Below are positions 25,905-37,653 of a stretch of 64,000 nt of DNA, one piece after another. A program made the translations under genes and the position numbers. Position 1 is the stretch's first letter; the number at the start of each line of letters is the position of its first letter. This DNA comes from Setoptus koraiensis. Its lineage: Eukaryota; Animalia; Arthropoda. The notes below the pieces were generated by a model, which was not told the origin of the DNA, made no database searches, and saw only the letters and a program-made list of their open reading frames with translations. The stretch lies in contig CM106586.1 of NCBI GenBank assembly GCA_048013815.1, positions 11,656,001-11,720,000 on the forward strand. Direction: 5' to 3'.

Positions 25905-26270
25905 TTTCTGGTTTTTCGTTCACCAGGCACGCCCACTTTTCTCAGAATTTCAACTTTGAGGCTCCATTTCACCCCGAGAGAACTGAGATACATGGTTAAT
26001 TTTGGCTCTAAACGACGTCTCTTTATCTGAACTATATGGTGAAATAAAAAAAAATAGTGAGAAAAGTCGCGCAGTCTTGGTTAAAATCACGAAAAACCTA
26101 AGGTTTCGAGACCAATATTTTTTCGTAAGTGCGTCTTATATCATAAAAAACCAGGAACAGAAATAAACCAGATTTTTGGCTCCACTCGGGAGAGACCTTT
26201 CCAAACATACCCTATTTTCAAATATCGAAGACCAAAAATAAAAACACCCCGAAATGAGACATCCCCTTCC
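25905..26270. mobile_element. Repeat family R1 copy with its first half inverted
   Basis: 25905-26088 is the reverse complement of 54340-54520. 26146-26270 matches 54515-54620 in forward orientation. Confidence 0.88.
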
Positions 26271-26394
26271 CATGTTTTGGCCTATCTCAACGGTGACATC
26301 CGGTTCCGATACCCTCACACCTTTCAGAAAATTTTCGCGAGGGGCGCTGCAGGGGATTCTTGGAAGTTCTGATGTCACCCTAGACATAGGCGAA

Positions 26395-26560
26395 AGCATC
26401 CGCGGGTTTTTAAAGCCGTTGATTTTTTTGCTGATATCCGCCGGCTTTTTCGAAAAAAAACCCGACCCAAATCCGCAGCTCAGATCTTCAGAGAGAAAAA
26501 ACCCGACCCAACCTGCCGCGGGGCGGACATCCGCGCGGATAATCCACCAAATGGGCATCC
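26395..26560. repeat. GC-rich block with repeated aaaaaacccgacccaa and ccgcgg motifs; probable DNA-transposon subterminal region
   Basis: aaaaaacccgacccaa occurs at about 26455 and about 26495. Several atccgcg/ccgcgg words. Confidence 0.45.
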
Positions 26561-26783
26561 GTGTCCACCTGGAGATCGACTAGCAAACAAATGATGACTG
26601 GTGCGGTCCAGTCGATTGGGATCAAAATAAAAAAAAAATCAAAAGAATGACTTGAGATCATTTCATAAACTTTGATCTGAAGCAACGAACGCATTTTTCC
26701 CAAAATTTTCTCTGACCCTTAAGGACCTCTGGCGTACTAGCATTGGAAATTCAAACTTGTTTGAGATTATTTCTCACTGGAGC

Positions 26784-27000
26784 GTGTCAGACACCACTTC
26801 CGGTATACCCTTACGCAATTTCGAACTGGTAGTGTCTTTTCGCTTTATCTCTGGATGAAGTTTTCTTAGTTTGCTTCGAAGGAGTCTTCATCAATCCTGT
26901 AAGTCAAAGTGACTTGAATAAAGTATCATTCGATGGAGCACAATCGACAAGGGATCCGAAAATATAAAAACGCTGCAGAAGACGAGAAAAATAATCACCT
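26784..27000 (+). repeat. Repeat family R2 copy
   Basis: 26784-26819 matches 32355-32390 at 31/36, with weaker colinear similarity downstream. Confidence 0.7.
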
Positions 27001-27404
27001 GAAAACCGAAATTTCATAACAATATCCATGTCATACAATTCAATATCTAACGGCAAGTAATCCTAGAAGCTAAAATGAAGTTCATTTTTTTCCGCAAAAA
27101 CCACAAAAAACTGGATTTTTCAGCCGGCCCCTTCTTGATCAGTTAAATTAGGACAGCCGATTTTAGCCATAGTCTATTGCATCCGAGTGTACCCGAATAA
27201 AAGGTACAACTTGTAAGTCCACTAATAATTCTAGTTGCGGCAATTCTTAGCATACATACGCCTGTGTCTGGATACTATTTGCGTTGTTTCGCTATCACAG
27301 GTTTTTCATGCTATTTTATTTCTAATTCATTCTAATAATATAATAAAGAATTAATATCGACTATAATAATTTGTCTCCAATGCCGTGAAGTAAAACAGAA
27401 ATCA

Positions 27405-28079
27405 TTAATTACTGTCGCAACCGACTAGGGATGCCCATAAATTTGTAATATCTTCACTTTTGTTGTGAGACCACCATAATGACAAAGCGTTTAGTTTACA
27501 TTCTCTATCAATGTCTGATTTTTCACTAGTGAAAATATCGTAAATTTCTTCGGCGGACAATTGCTGAAAAGAGCTAGTCATCTGTATTGTTGGTAGCCAG
27601 CTTAATATTAGCGGCTTACAAGTTTCTACAATATCAGAAAGATCTGATTGTTTTGCCCATTTGTAGATATCAACAGCCGTATCAGATTTGAGTTTCCAGT
27701 TAATTTCGCTGGATAGATCTGTGTACAATTGTTTGAAGCAATACTTTTTTGCTAATGACAACAATCTTATGAGTATCTCGATTTCTTCGTTCGAAATACC
27801 ATCATTATCACCTAGGTCATACTCGTATACTCCTTCATGTTCTAATTCTTCATGGTCGTAAAGATAATGAATGAGATCAATGAGATTACTTTCGTCCAAT
27901 TGTAGCTCCTCTAGATCGTTGCCAGTGTTTAGATTATATTTAAACAGTTCGGCAAAATATTCACTTCTTGAGGCAAGTAATGATTTGTGCACCTTTACAG
28001 CTTGGCCTTTGTTATCTAATAGCAACAGGTCAGTTGTCTCCGCGTCATTGATTGTGATACATTGGCGTTTTCTTTTCAT
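27405..28079 (-). CDS. BTB/POZ plus BACK domain protein without Kelch repeats, 224 aa
   Basis: VKVHKSLLASRSEYFAELF; LIHYLY; LLSLAKKY; FQQLSAEEIYDIFTSE...ALSLWWSH. N-terminal KRKR. Confidence 0.9.
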   Translation of the reverse strand: MKRKRQCITINDAETTDLLLLDNKGQAVKVHKSLLASRSEYFAELFKYNLNTGNDLEELQLDESNLIDLIHYLYDHEELEHEGVYEYDLGDNDGISNEEIEILIRLLSLAKKYCFKQLYTDLSSEINWKLKSDTAVDIYKWAKQSDLSDIVETCKPLILSWLPTIQMTSSFQQLSAEEIYDIFTSEKSDIDRECKLNALSLWWSHNKSEDITNLWASLVGCDSN

Positions 28080-28474
28080 TTATATTTCTGTATGTTCAAT
28101 TGTACTGTGTAGCTTGTATGAGGAAAGAAATACGGATCGTCGAATAAAATATTACTAGGAAAATCGAGATGCTAAAACCAAAAATAGGACATAAATTATG
28201 CAGATAATGACAATATACGGGAAAACGAATAGATGGCGATTGCAAACAATCTACTGCCTTAAATTGTGAATCGGAGAGCTAATAATGATCGCGTGCCGCG
28301 GTACTCACTGTGTTTTCTCACGAACACCCAGAAGGGATAAGTACATTTGTAGGATCAAAATAATTATGTAGATCTAGTCCCATGCTGTCCCAAGCTGAAA
28401 TGGCTTCTGGCTGAAGATGAAAGAAATTCTATTCTATATATTGTTTGGAAGATTCGGAAAACTAGAGGCCTCTG

Positions 28475-29155
28475 ATGGTACTCATGCTCGAACAGTCAAC
28501 TACTATAAATACGTCGTGTCAGCCAGGATCTAATTGTGGCAAATCAACTAAACTAGCGAATACATTCTTTACCCATCAAAGAATACCTATCTTCGTAGCC
28601 GTTGCAATTTTGTTGGTGGGATCAGTATTTCTATGTTTTCTATGGAGATGCATGAACAGAAGTGATGATAAACCCGCAAGATCTGAAACTGTTAACAAAA
28701 AATTTATTGAACTAAATGTGACCGAGGAGCCATCAGCTATTGAAGGAAGTGCAGTTATTGGTTCAATACCGACCATTCCAATAAATACTATCAACAGTTC
28801 CACTGGTACGACACTGATTGGAAAAACAGAGAGCCCATTCATAGGTGGGAAATCGGTGAGCTCCGTAACAACTGCTGCAACAGGTACGCAGGATCCAATT
28901 GACGTGAATTCTGGGTTTTTTGCAGCAGACCCAAGTGATCAAAAAGGACGTAGAGACCTCATTGCTAAGATGCCAAAGAATGTATTCAAAGGAACGACGA
29001 GTAGGCTACCACGCCTCAACAGTTTATCACCGTTGCCGATAGGAGGTATTAAGCGTTCTGAGCCTGCTTCAAAGACATACAGGAGTGCCAGGTCAACTAA
29101 GAAAAAAAAGAAAGCCAACCAAAAACCTGTCAAAGACAAGCAAAACCTGAATTGA
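28475..29155 (+). CDS. Orphan single-pass membrane protein with basic tail
   Basis: TM IPIFVAVAILLVGSVFLCFLW followed by RC; K-rich C-terminus. Confidence 0.78.
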   Translation: MVLMLEQSTTINTSCQPGSNCGKSTKLANTFFTHQRIPIFVAVAILLVGSVFLCFLWRCMNRSDDKPARSETVNKKFIELNVTEEPSAIEGSAVIGSIPTIPINTINSSTGTTLIGKTESPFIGGKSVSSVTTAATGTQDPIDVNSGFFAADPSDQKGRRDLIAKMPKNVFKGTTSRLPRLNSLSPLPIGGIKRSEPASKTYRSARSTKKKKKANQKPVKDKQNLN

Positions 29156-29578
29156 GAAAGCTATTATAGTGTTCTTCAGTATAAAACATATATCATACGT
29201 TGATACGATGAACTAATGGATCTGTATTGTATTGTATATTTATATTTATATAAATTATATTATATATTTATATTTATATTGAACATCATTGTATCAGGCG
29301 ATATTGATAATGACAATGAGCGCGCTCGATCCAGTAGATGAAATGCTCCTCGTGCTTTGTTTGTTTTTGTACTACAGTGCTACTGCAACATATTCTAAGG
29401 TTAATTATAAAATTTATACTTTAAATATTTATGCTACCCTGTTCCTCTATACGAATCAGGAAACAGTTGGACTCATTATTAATGCTGTACTACACTGGCA
29501 CTGGTTTATACAGTATGTGAAACATCTGCATTTAAGTTGAGAAATCTATTCTATTTTTCTTTAGTTTCATATACGACT

Positions 29579-30073
29579 ATGCTGTCAAACATGAGCGATA
29601 GAAAGAGCCCTGCTGATTTGCGTAATGGGGCTGATTGTGGTAGCTACAGCTGGTCACAGACATACAAAGATATTGAGATTACCATAAATGTTGGCACTGA
29701 GCAGCCCTGGTGCAAAAAAGACTTTCACGTTAAGGTAGCCCGTAATGGTATAAAAGTTTTTCACAAACCACTGACACAAGAAGGCTCGATATTATTGCAA
29801 GGTGAATTTAGTCACAATGTTGATGTTGATAGCTGCTCCTGGATTATAGATAGCAACACCAATCACTTGATCTTATTCATTGAAAAAACAGACTCACTAT
29901 GGTGGCCGAATCTGATTAAGGGTGAAACACCTAAAATTATGGGCAAACATTTTCGATGTGTATCAGTAAACGAATTGACAGACGAAGATAGGGGTATATG
30001 CAATAAACTGATGCTGCAACAGATAGAGAAATTACACAATAGCAATACCAAAAGTAATCTGTTGCTATCATAA
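29579..30073 (+). CDS. NudC-family CS/p23-domain co-chaperone, short form
   Basis: NGADCGSYSWSQT, LLQGEFSHNVDVDSCSWII, LFIEK..WW, ELTDEDRGICNKLM resemble the NudC/NudCD3 C-terminal half. ATG at 29579 or 29591. Confidence 0.88.
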   Translation: MLSNMSDRKSPADLRNGADCGSYSWSQTYKDIEITINVGTEQPWCKKDFHVKVARNGIKVFHKPLTQEGSILLQGEFSHNVDVDSCSWIIDSNTNHLILFIEKTDSLWWPNLIKGETPKIMGKHFRCVSVNELTDEDRGICNKLMLQQIEKLHNSNTKSNLLLS

Positions 30074-30664
30074 TAACCTGAATCAATCAAGCAATTAGAA
30101 AGAATTAGTCATCAACCTTACAACTGATTTTTAGTTGCGAATTGTCTAAGGAGGAAAGGATTGTCCTGTCAGTTGAAAGAATTAGTGAAAATTGGATTAC
30201 ATATATTTGTCTTCTATTCATTTGGTCCGACAACATTACTAAACATTGTTGCTTACTTGCAAATGTCATCCAATTAATCAACATACGCTTCCTTGATCCT
30301 GCATAAACACACCGATATGTGGCATAATGTGGCATGTTAAATTCAATAAATCAGTCTGTCGCATCATATCAATTCAGTGTCTATTTTGAAAGAATAAAAA
30401 AGCAAGTAAAATGTCCAATGATTCGGGGATCATCAACAAAAAAAGGAGCACATCAAGTTGACATCTATTTTTAACTCGCTAACGATAGAATGAGTTCATC
30501 GAAAGCTCCTTTTTCTTTTTTTAGAATTAATATCAAAGTTTCTATCAATGGGTATTATTATCATCCAATACTGAAATCATTTTTCAGAAAATTGAGCCTC
30601 GAATTGATTTTATCTCAAAAGTCGTCATATTAGCTAAAAGTTGTCAAGATCTCTCGAGCACACC

Positions 30665-31877
30665 ATGCGATCTGCTAGCGTTGCCACATACAATGTTTTA
30701 ATTGTTGTGTGCTCTATGGTGTTACTATCACTAGCGAATGAAAATGTACTATCAGCAATCGATCAAATACCCACTGACAATCTAGAATCGTTAGATGCTG
30801 AATTGCTGGCTGAAGAAGAAGAATTTGGTAAACATTATGCAAAAAACTTTTACGAAATGATTCAAGAGGCCGATAAATTGTCCGAAAAGAAGATATCATT
30901 AGCGTTGTATTCGATGGCTTGGAATCACTTGAAGTACGCTTTAAATAATTATGTGGTACAACGGCGTATGATTGTAGGATTGAAAGTTAATTTTGCTAGA
31001 CAATTCCAAAAGAGTAACGCCTACCATCTGAAAGCTTTGCTGGCTCGCTCGCAGTTACCTGTTGTGTTATCGTCCAAAGTAAATTTGCGTACCAACTTTC
31101 CCGGCATATCAGGTAATGTATTGTAGCATTATTTGATTTATAATGATGACCATAACCAGTAGTATTGTTTAGCGGATGAACATATAAATTGATAGGCTGT
31201 TTTTCTCAAAAATCCAACATGATAAAATCCTAATAGATAATCAACTAGCAAACATGATCAGGTTAATTGAAGTAAGAGCTAGATTTCGTACGCAGGATGA
31301 TGTATTAGCTCTCAGTGCAACAAACATCAAGAAGATCTTTCAGATGATCGAATCATTCGCTCTTGATAAGTCACAGATTTATTCCGCGACTATTGCCAAC
31401 TGGGGTTTCGTACTGCTGGAAGACTACTATCAAAATGTTCTTGAATATCAAATTCTCTTAGCTGTCACATCGGATAAATTATTAGAGGATTCAAACTATT
31501 CTATCAAGTGCGATGATAACGACAACTCTTGTAGTGATGATGACGAAATGATCATGAGTAAAATTGATGGTATAATTAACGATGCTCTTGATATACAATT
31601 GTGTACTGCAGCTCAAGGATTAGAACTGCCCCCAACAATTAATGAGGACATGATAAGCAATTTGGTTGGAGCCTGGCTGCCAAAGGACGTCATCAGGGAT
31701 CATCAAAGAGTACTGGACGTTCTAGTTGAAGCCGGACTAGAATCCAGAGACAGCGAAAAGCGTAATGAATTGGAAAGACAGCTCAATTCCATCCATATTG
31801 ATTCAGATGCAACACTTGACCTGATTGAGAGGCTCGAAATAAAAATGAGCGATGAAAATCAAGATAATCAAGACTAA
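30665..31877 (+). CDS. Putative secreted helical protein, two exons (about 30665-31112 and 31237 or 31249-31877)
   Basis: Signal-like VLIVVCSMVLLSLA. Phase-1 donor tcag|gtaatg at 31113. Phase-compatible acceptors tag|31237 and tag|31249 join the two track ORFs in frame. Confidence 0.65.
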
Positions 31878-32354
31878 GAATGATATATGGAATTGAAGGA
31901 TAATCAAGAAATCGTCGAACTATAGTACATTTCGCGATGTTCACTCTGGCAATCAAACATTGTGAGAGCATCAACTTGAGCAGTGAATTGCCATCATAAA
32001 ACAAATTGAAATCAAATGCTGAAAGACCTACACCCTGTCGGTACCGGTCTTGTCTTGTTTCTTGGTAAAGAATTGAAAATTCGTTCCCCTCTTGTGTGCT
32101 AAGATTCCATTGGGTTCTTAAATGAAACATTCGAAATGGTTGAAAGTGTTCTAATCCATCAAGTTCGAACCGGAATACTACCCCCAGGCGATGCACTTGA
32201 ATTTCCATGTGCAGTGTGATCGAGTCGCAGTTCACCGGCTTAGTTTAATGATGAAACTAAACCAAAATTCAGACAGATGCTTCTCAGATGACCTCTCCCA
32301 TGTGAGCGGTCGAAAGTAAAAAACCTGTTTCAGTTCGAATTTTTTATTCGGGGA

Positions 32355-32700
32355 GTGTCAGGCACCACTTCCGGTACTGCCTGACGCAATCTTTATCCGC
32401 TCAACTCACAACATTTTCGCACTAGGTGTCATTTTCTGATGCGTCTTCGAGGGGGTCCTATCTAAGCTCCTTGTGTCACACAGATTCGAAAAGAGCATCA
32501 ATCGGCGTGGTTCAATCTACTCTTCTAGCAGTAAAATAAGGATGAAAACATACTGTTAAGAGGATCGAAAATGAAAAAAAAAACATTTTTTTTTTATGAT
32601 TTGGCTCCATTTGATGAAAGGTTGCGCCATATGCAAAAAATGCAAAAGGAGAAGAAAAGTCGGCATATTCCGCAGTTATCAACTTCGTGATTTGGCATGC
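32355..32700 (+). repeat. Repeat family R2 copy
   Basis: Shares blocks with 26784-27000 and 1540-1860. Includes hairpin gtcaggca/tgcctgac at 32357-32385. Confidence 0.65.
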
Positions 32701-33107
32701 GACGAATAGTTATGACTAAGGACGATACAACAATACTGTATATAGCAACTTTAGATGAAGCTCGTATCGCCAAAAACACGCCGATTGCTACTCTTCTTTT
32801 GCGAATTCCGCCCTTGCTGAGGAATGGAGCTGATTGAAAAGAAAAAATAATCATCACGCAAGATTCTGACTGACTTCATGAAATTGGTCGAATCAAAGCT
32901 CAAAGGATTTTTTCTTCTCGATTGATTTACTGATTCTTATTGTCGTGAATACTTATAAATGACCCAATAGCAGAGGAGCTCTGGTGTTCAACATATATGA
33001 TCGACTACAGCAAGAGGATATTTGTCGAGGAGGACTATAAGTCGATTCAATTTATTCATCACATTAATTCAAAGCATCGGTGAAACAACCGAGAATGTTG
33101 GGGCTGA

Positions 33108-34400
<1,293 letters not shown>

Positions 34401-34698
34401 CTATTGTAGTAATGTATTGGTGGAGAACTTGACCAGTTCATATATTCATGTCAATTATATAAAATGTCATAGAATCAGACTACTGGTAGTGGGTTCAGAT
34501 TGAAGTGCAATTCTCAGCTGCTTTATGTTGCATCATGAATTTGTGACGCACACAAAACTAGCTGGAATTGAGCGCGTGAAGAGAGCGAGCAGAAGATCTC
34601 GGAAAAATTGTATGAGTGCTTCAAAAACTGGACAAATACTTGAACATGCAAACTGTTAAATGAGTGATCGAATGAATTGTTTTTTATTGTGCTTGCGA

Positions 34699-36315
34699 TC
34701 AGAGGGGCGGCTTCTCGCGGGGACCACTAGACCAAGGGTGACGCAATATCTGCTGACATGTGTACCTTTTGGCGGATTCGGGCTCTAGCATGTTGCTCAC
34801 CAGATCTTTAACAGCATCGCTAAATTCGATAGTATTTTTGAATTTGTAATCTTTTGTCAATTGTTTTTGAATCATTGTCTTCAATTCCTGGAATGGAAAT
34901 GGTAGCTTGTCGTTGAGCATGACGTACAGACAAACGCCCAGTGACCAAACATCGGTCTTTTTGGCGTCGTACGATTGCTGACGAATCATCTCAGGCGACA
35001 AATAAGGCAAAGTTCCACAGAAAGTATCGTTGAATTTCACTGAATTCACCTGATACTGCTGCTGTTGTTTCTTGTGGAAGTTACTCGGCGAAGCCGAGCT
35101 CCATTGCTGCGTCTGGCCCGTTTGGACGGCAGCTGTTGCGGCTACGGGAGGGTTACCTGCGTTTGGATGAAACAGCTGAGCAAAGAAACTTCCGTTTCGT
35201 TTTTTCACGTTCTGTTTGCTGCCGCTTCCGGCAATGTTGTCATTTCGTGAGTCAGTCTTGGGCGTTGTAAGCATCGTGTTAATATCTGAGCCGTTTGTAC
35301 TATTACTGTAAGAGAAATCAGTCAATTTTGGACTGTATTCATTGTCCAACAGAATATTCTCCACTTTGAGATCTCGATGAGCCAAATCAAGCGAATGTAA
35401 ATAGGCCACAGCCTCTGTTGACTTTACAAATATTGGCCTGGCAATTGGTTCGGAGATTGGGCCAAACTTTGCGATCAGATCAGCTATAGTGCCTCTGGAA
35501 CAGTATTGCATCACTATAAATATTCTGTCAACTATTTGCAGTATTTCATATATTTTACAAATGTTTGCGTGACTTACTCTCTTTAATATACTCAACTCTC
35601 TGGGTAAAAATTTGTATCTGTAATTGTCTGAGGTTTTGGTGAGATTTATAGATTTGATGGCCACCTCTTTATTTTGTTGATTTAGGGCCCTGTAAACGCG
35701 CGCATAATTGCCAGTGCCAACCAATTGTACTATTCTGTATTTGCGCAACATCTCGGCATCCTCAACAGTCTCTTGCTGATCCCTGGCTTCGATTTCTGAC
35801 GGCGTCAATTCTAGATCTGCCTGATCTTCTGTGTCCACTAGCAGTTCTCGTCTTTGTTTGGCCGACTCCATTTCTGCCACACCACGTGTGGGCATTTGTG
35901 GTGAAGGTCCTGCCGGAATTGGTGGTCTCTTGATGGCCGGCCGATTGTCGGGTGTTGGTGGGTTGACCGTTGCAGTGACGTTGGTACCTATGGCTGCTCC
36001 AACATTAGCCATCATCTGTGGACCAGCTTGGTGGCGTGAGTATTTGTGTATCCTTTTTGAGTGGGCGGCCGCGGTGGCCTGGATGGCCGGTATTATATGG
36101 TAACGACGATTCGCCGATTGGTTGTGGTCAATGTGAGCTGTCTCGTTGGGGCCTCCCATAGTAGCTGTAGCTCTGTCCCTTTCTTGTTGTTGTTGCTTTA
36201 GTAACTGATCATTGGCAAGTCTGGGTGGTGGCCCAATAAAGTGCGTGAGTAAATTCTTTGGCTCTAACCTAATAATTTTTTTTGTTGTCTCCGGGTTACT
36301 GGTTGATTTCTTCAT
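34699..36315 (-). CDS. TSSK: TSSK-family Ser/Thr kinase with long N-terminus and expanded activation segment
   Basis: VGTGNYARV, VAIK, KFLPREL (TSSK hallmark), HRDLKVEN, DFSYS, TFCGTLPYLSPE, DVWSLGV. Confidence 0.9.
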   Translation of the reverse strand: MKKSTSNPETTKKIIRLEPKNLLTHFIGPPPRLANDQLLKQQQQERDRATATMGGPNETAHIDHNQSANRRYHIIPAIQATAAAHSKRIHKYSRHQAGPQMMANVGAAIGTNVTATVNPPTPDNRPAIKRPPIPAGPSPQMPTRGVAEMESAKQRRELLVDTEDQADLELTPSEIEARDQQETVEDAEMLRKYRIVQLVGTGNYARVYRALNQQNKEVAIKSINLTKTSDNYRYKFLPRELSILKRVSHANICKIYEILQIVDRIFIVMQYCSRGTIADLIAKFGPISEPIARPIFVKSTEAVAYLHSLDLAHRDLKVENILLDNEYSPKLTDFSYSNSTNGSDINTMLTTPKTDSRNDNIAGSGSKQNVKKRNGSFFAQLFHPNAGNPPVAATAAVQTGQTQQWSSASPSNFHKKQQQQYQVNSVKFNDTFCGTLPYLSPEMIRQQSYDAKKTDVWSLGVCLYVMLNDKLPFPFQELKTMIQKQLTKDYKFKNTIEFSDAVKDLVSNMLEPESAKRYTCQQILRHPWSSGPREKPPL

Positions 36316-36714
36316 CTGGACAATCGAAAGCCACCCAGAATCACTTTATTTGCCCTTTAGTTTGAAAGTTTATTGGAGTATCTGTGCTCAGAGTGCTTGA
36401 ATTTACGAATCTCTTCAAATTTTATCATATCACGATTCATTAATCATTGTATTCCAGATGTTGTAGGCAGGTTTAGTAGGGATGGCTCATAGTATCACGT
36501 TTCGTATTAATGACAATCGGCGATCAATCTCAACAGACGGATTGTCAAGCAACACGATTGTGCATATCACGTGATTCAAGTAGACAAGGTGAAAACAAAA
36601 ACTTGTCACTGCCTAATTTGATTGACAACCGATAGTTCAAGCCGGTATAAGCCGTGAGAGACGAAAAAAGAAGCTACACTATAATAATAATCACAAAACT
36701 GCATATCTGTAGCT
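36316..36714. promoter_or_regulatory. Bidirectional promoter region between head-to-head kinases
   Basis: 399 bp between divergent ATGs. TATCACG x3 (36428, 36493, 36565) and TGACA/TGTCA x4 (36511, 36543, 36604, 36623). Confidence 0.6.
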
Positions 36715-37653
36715 ATGGCGGCACATGCGGAATTGGACCCCAAAACTCAGGCTGTACTCAAAAAGAAAGGCTACATCCTGCAGAAGAAACTGGCCGCTGG
36801 CGCCTTTGGTCAGGTCTACTCGGCGATAAAATCTAATAAGGACGGCAAGGAGGAGATGTCTGCAGTCAAAGTTATGGATCTGGAGAAATGTGGCGAGAAA
36901 TTCAAGCAGAAATTTTTGCCTCGCGAATTGAGTGTGCTGATACAGGTTAGGCACGTCAATGTCATCAGGATATTTGATATTTTTCGTATGGGTGGAAAAA
37001 TTTATATCTTTATGGAGTTTGCGCCCAATGGTACAATCGCAGATTTTATTAAAAAAAATGACGCCTTGAGTGAGTCACGAAGTAAAACATGGTTCGTTCA
37101 GACTAGCTTAGCATTGCAATATTGCCACAACAAATTTGGCATTGCACACCGCGATATTAAAGTAGACAACATTATGTTAGATTACAATAATAATGCCAAA
37201 TTAACCGATTTTGGTTTTGCTCGAATCGCCTATGACCCGGACACAGGAAGACTCAATCTAAGTGAGACGTTTTGTGGCACGTTGCCATATTATTGCCCAC
37301 AGATACTACAAAAGAAACCCTATAACCCTTTCAAAGCCGACGTTTGGGCAATGGGAGTGGTTCTATATGGTATGTTGAATAATAAGTTTCCGTTTAAATT
37401 CAAAGATTTACGACTAATGCTAAAGACACAGTTGCAAAGAGTTTGGAAATATAGAGAAGACAAAGAACAAACATTATCTCGAGATGTTCGCGAATTACTG
37501 GCGCGCATGTTCGAACCCGACGAACAGCGTCGGCCCACAATGGATGATGTGATGCGACACCCCTGGTGCTCTGGAACTGGTGCATCTGGCCATGTTTCTA
37601 ATTCAGGGGCGCGTGAACGGTCGGTGGACTCCCGGTCGGAGCGTGACGGTTAG
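36715..37653 (+). CDS. TSSK: TSSK-family Ser/Thr kinase, 312 aa
   Basis: LKKKGY, GAFGQV, AVK, KFKQKFLPREL, HRDIKVDN, DFGFAR, LSETFCGT. Confidence 0.93.
   Translation: MAAHAELDPKTQAVLKKKGYILQKKLAAGAFGQVYSAIKSNKDGKEEMSAVKVMDLEKCGEKFKQKFLPRELSVLIQVRHVNVIRIFDIFRMGGKIYIFMEFAPNGTIADFIKKNDALSESRSKTWFVQTSLALQYCHNKFGIAHRDIKVDNIMLDYNNNAKLTDFGFARIAYDPDTGRLNLSETFCGTLPYYCPQILQKKPYNPFKADVWAMGVVLYGMLNNKFPFKFKDLRLMLKTQLQRVWKYREDKEQTLSRDVRELLARMFEPDEQRRPTMDDVMRHPWCSGTGASGHVSNSGARERSVDSRSERDG

Noticed and set aside
31783-32235. 150-aa minus ORF
   Set aside because: No ATG at the called start, it overlaps the end of the + gene, and no domain was recognised. A real gene cannot be excluded but is unsupported.
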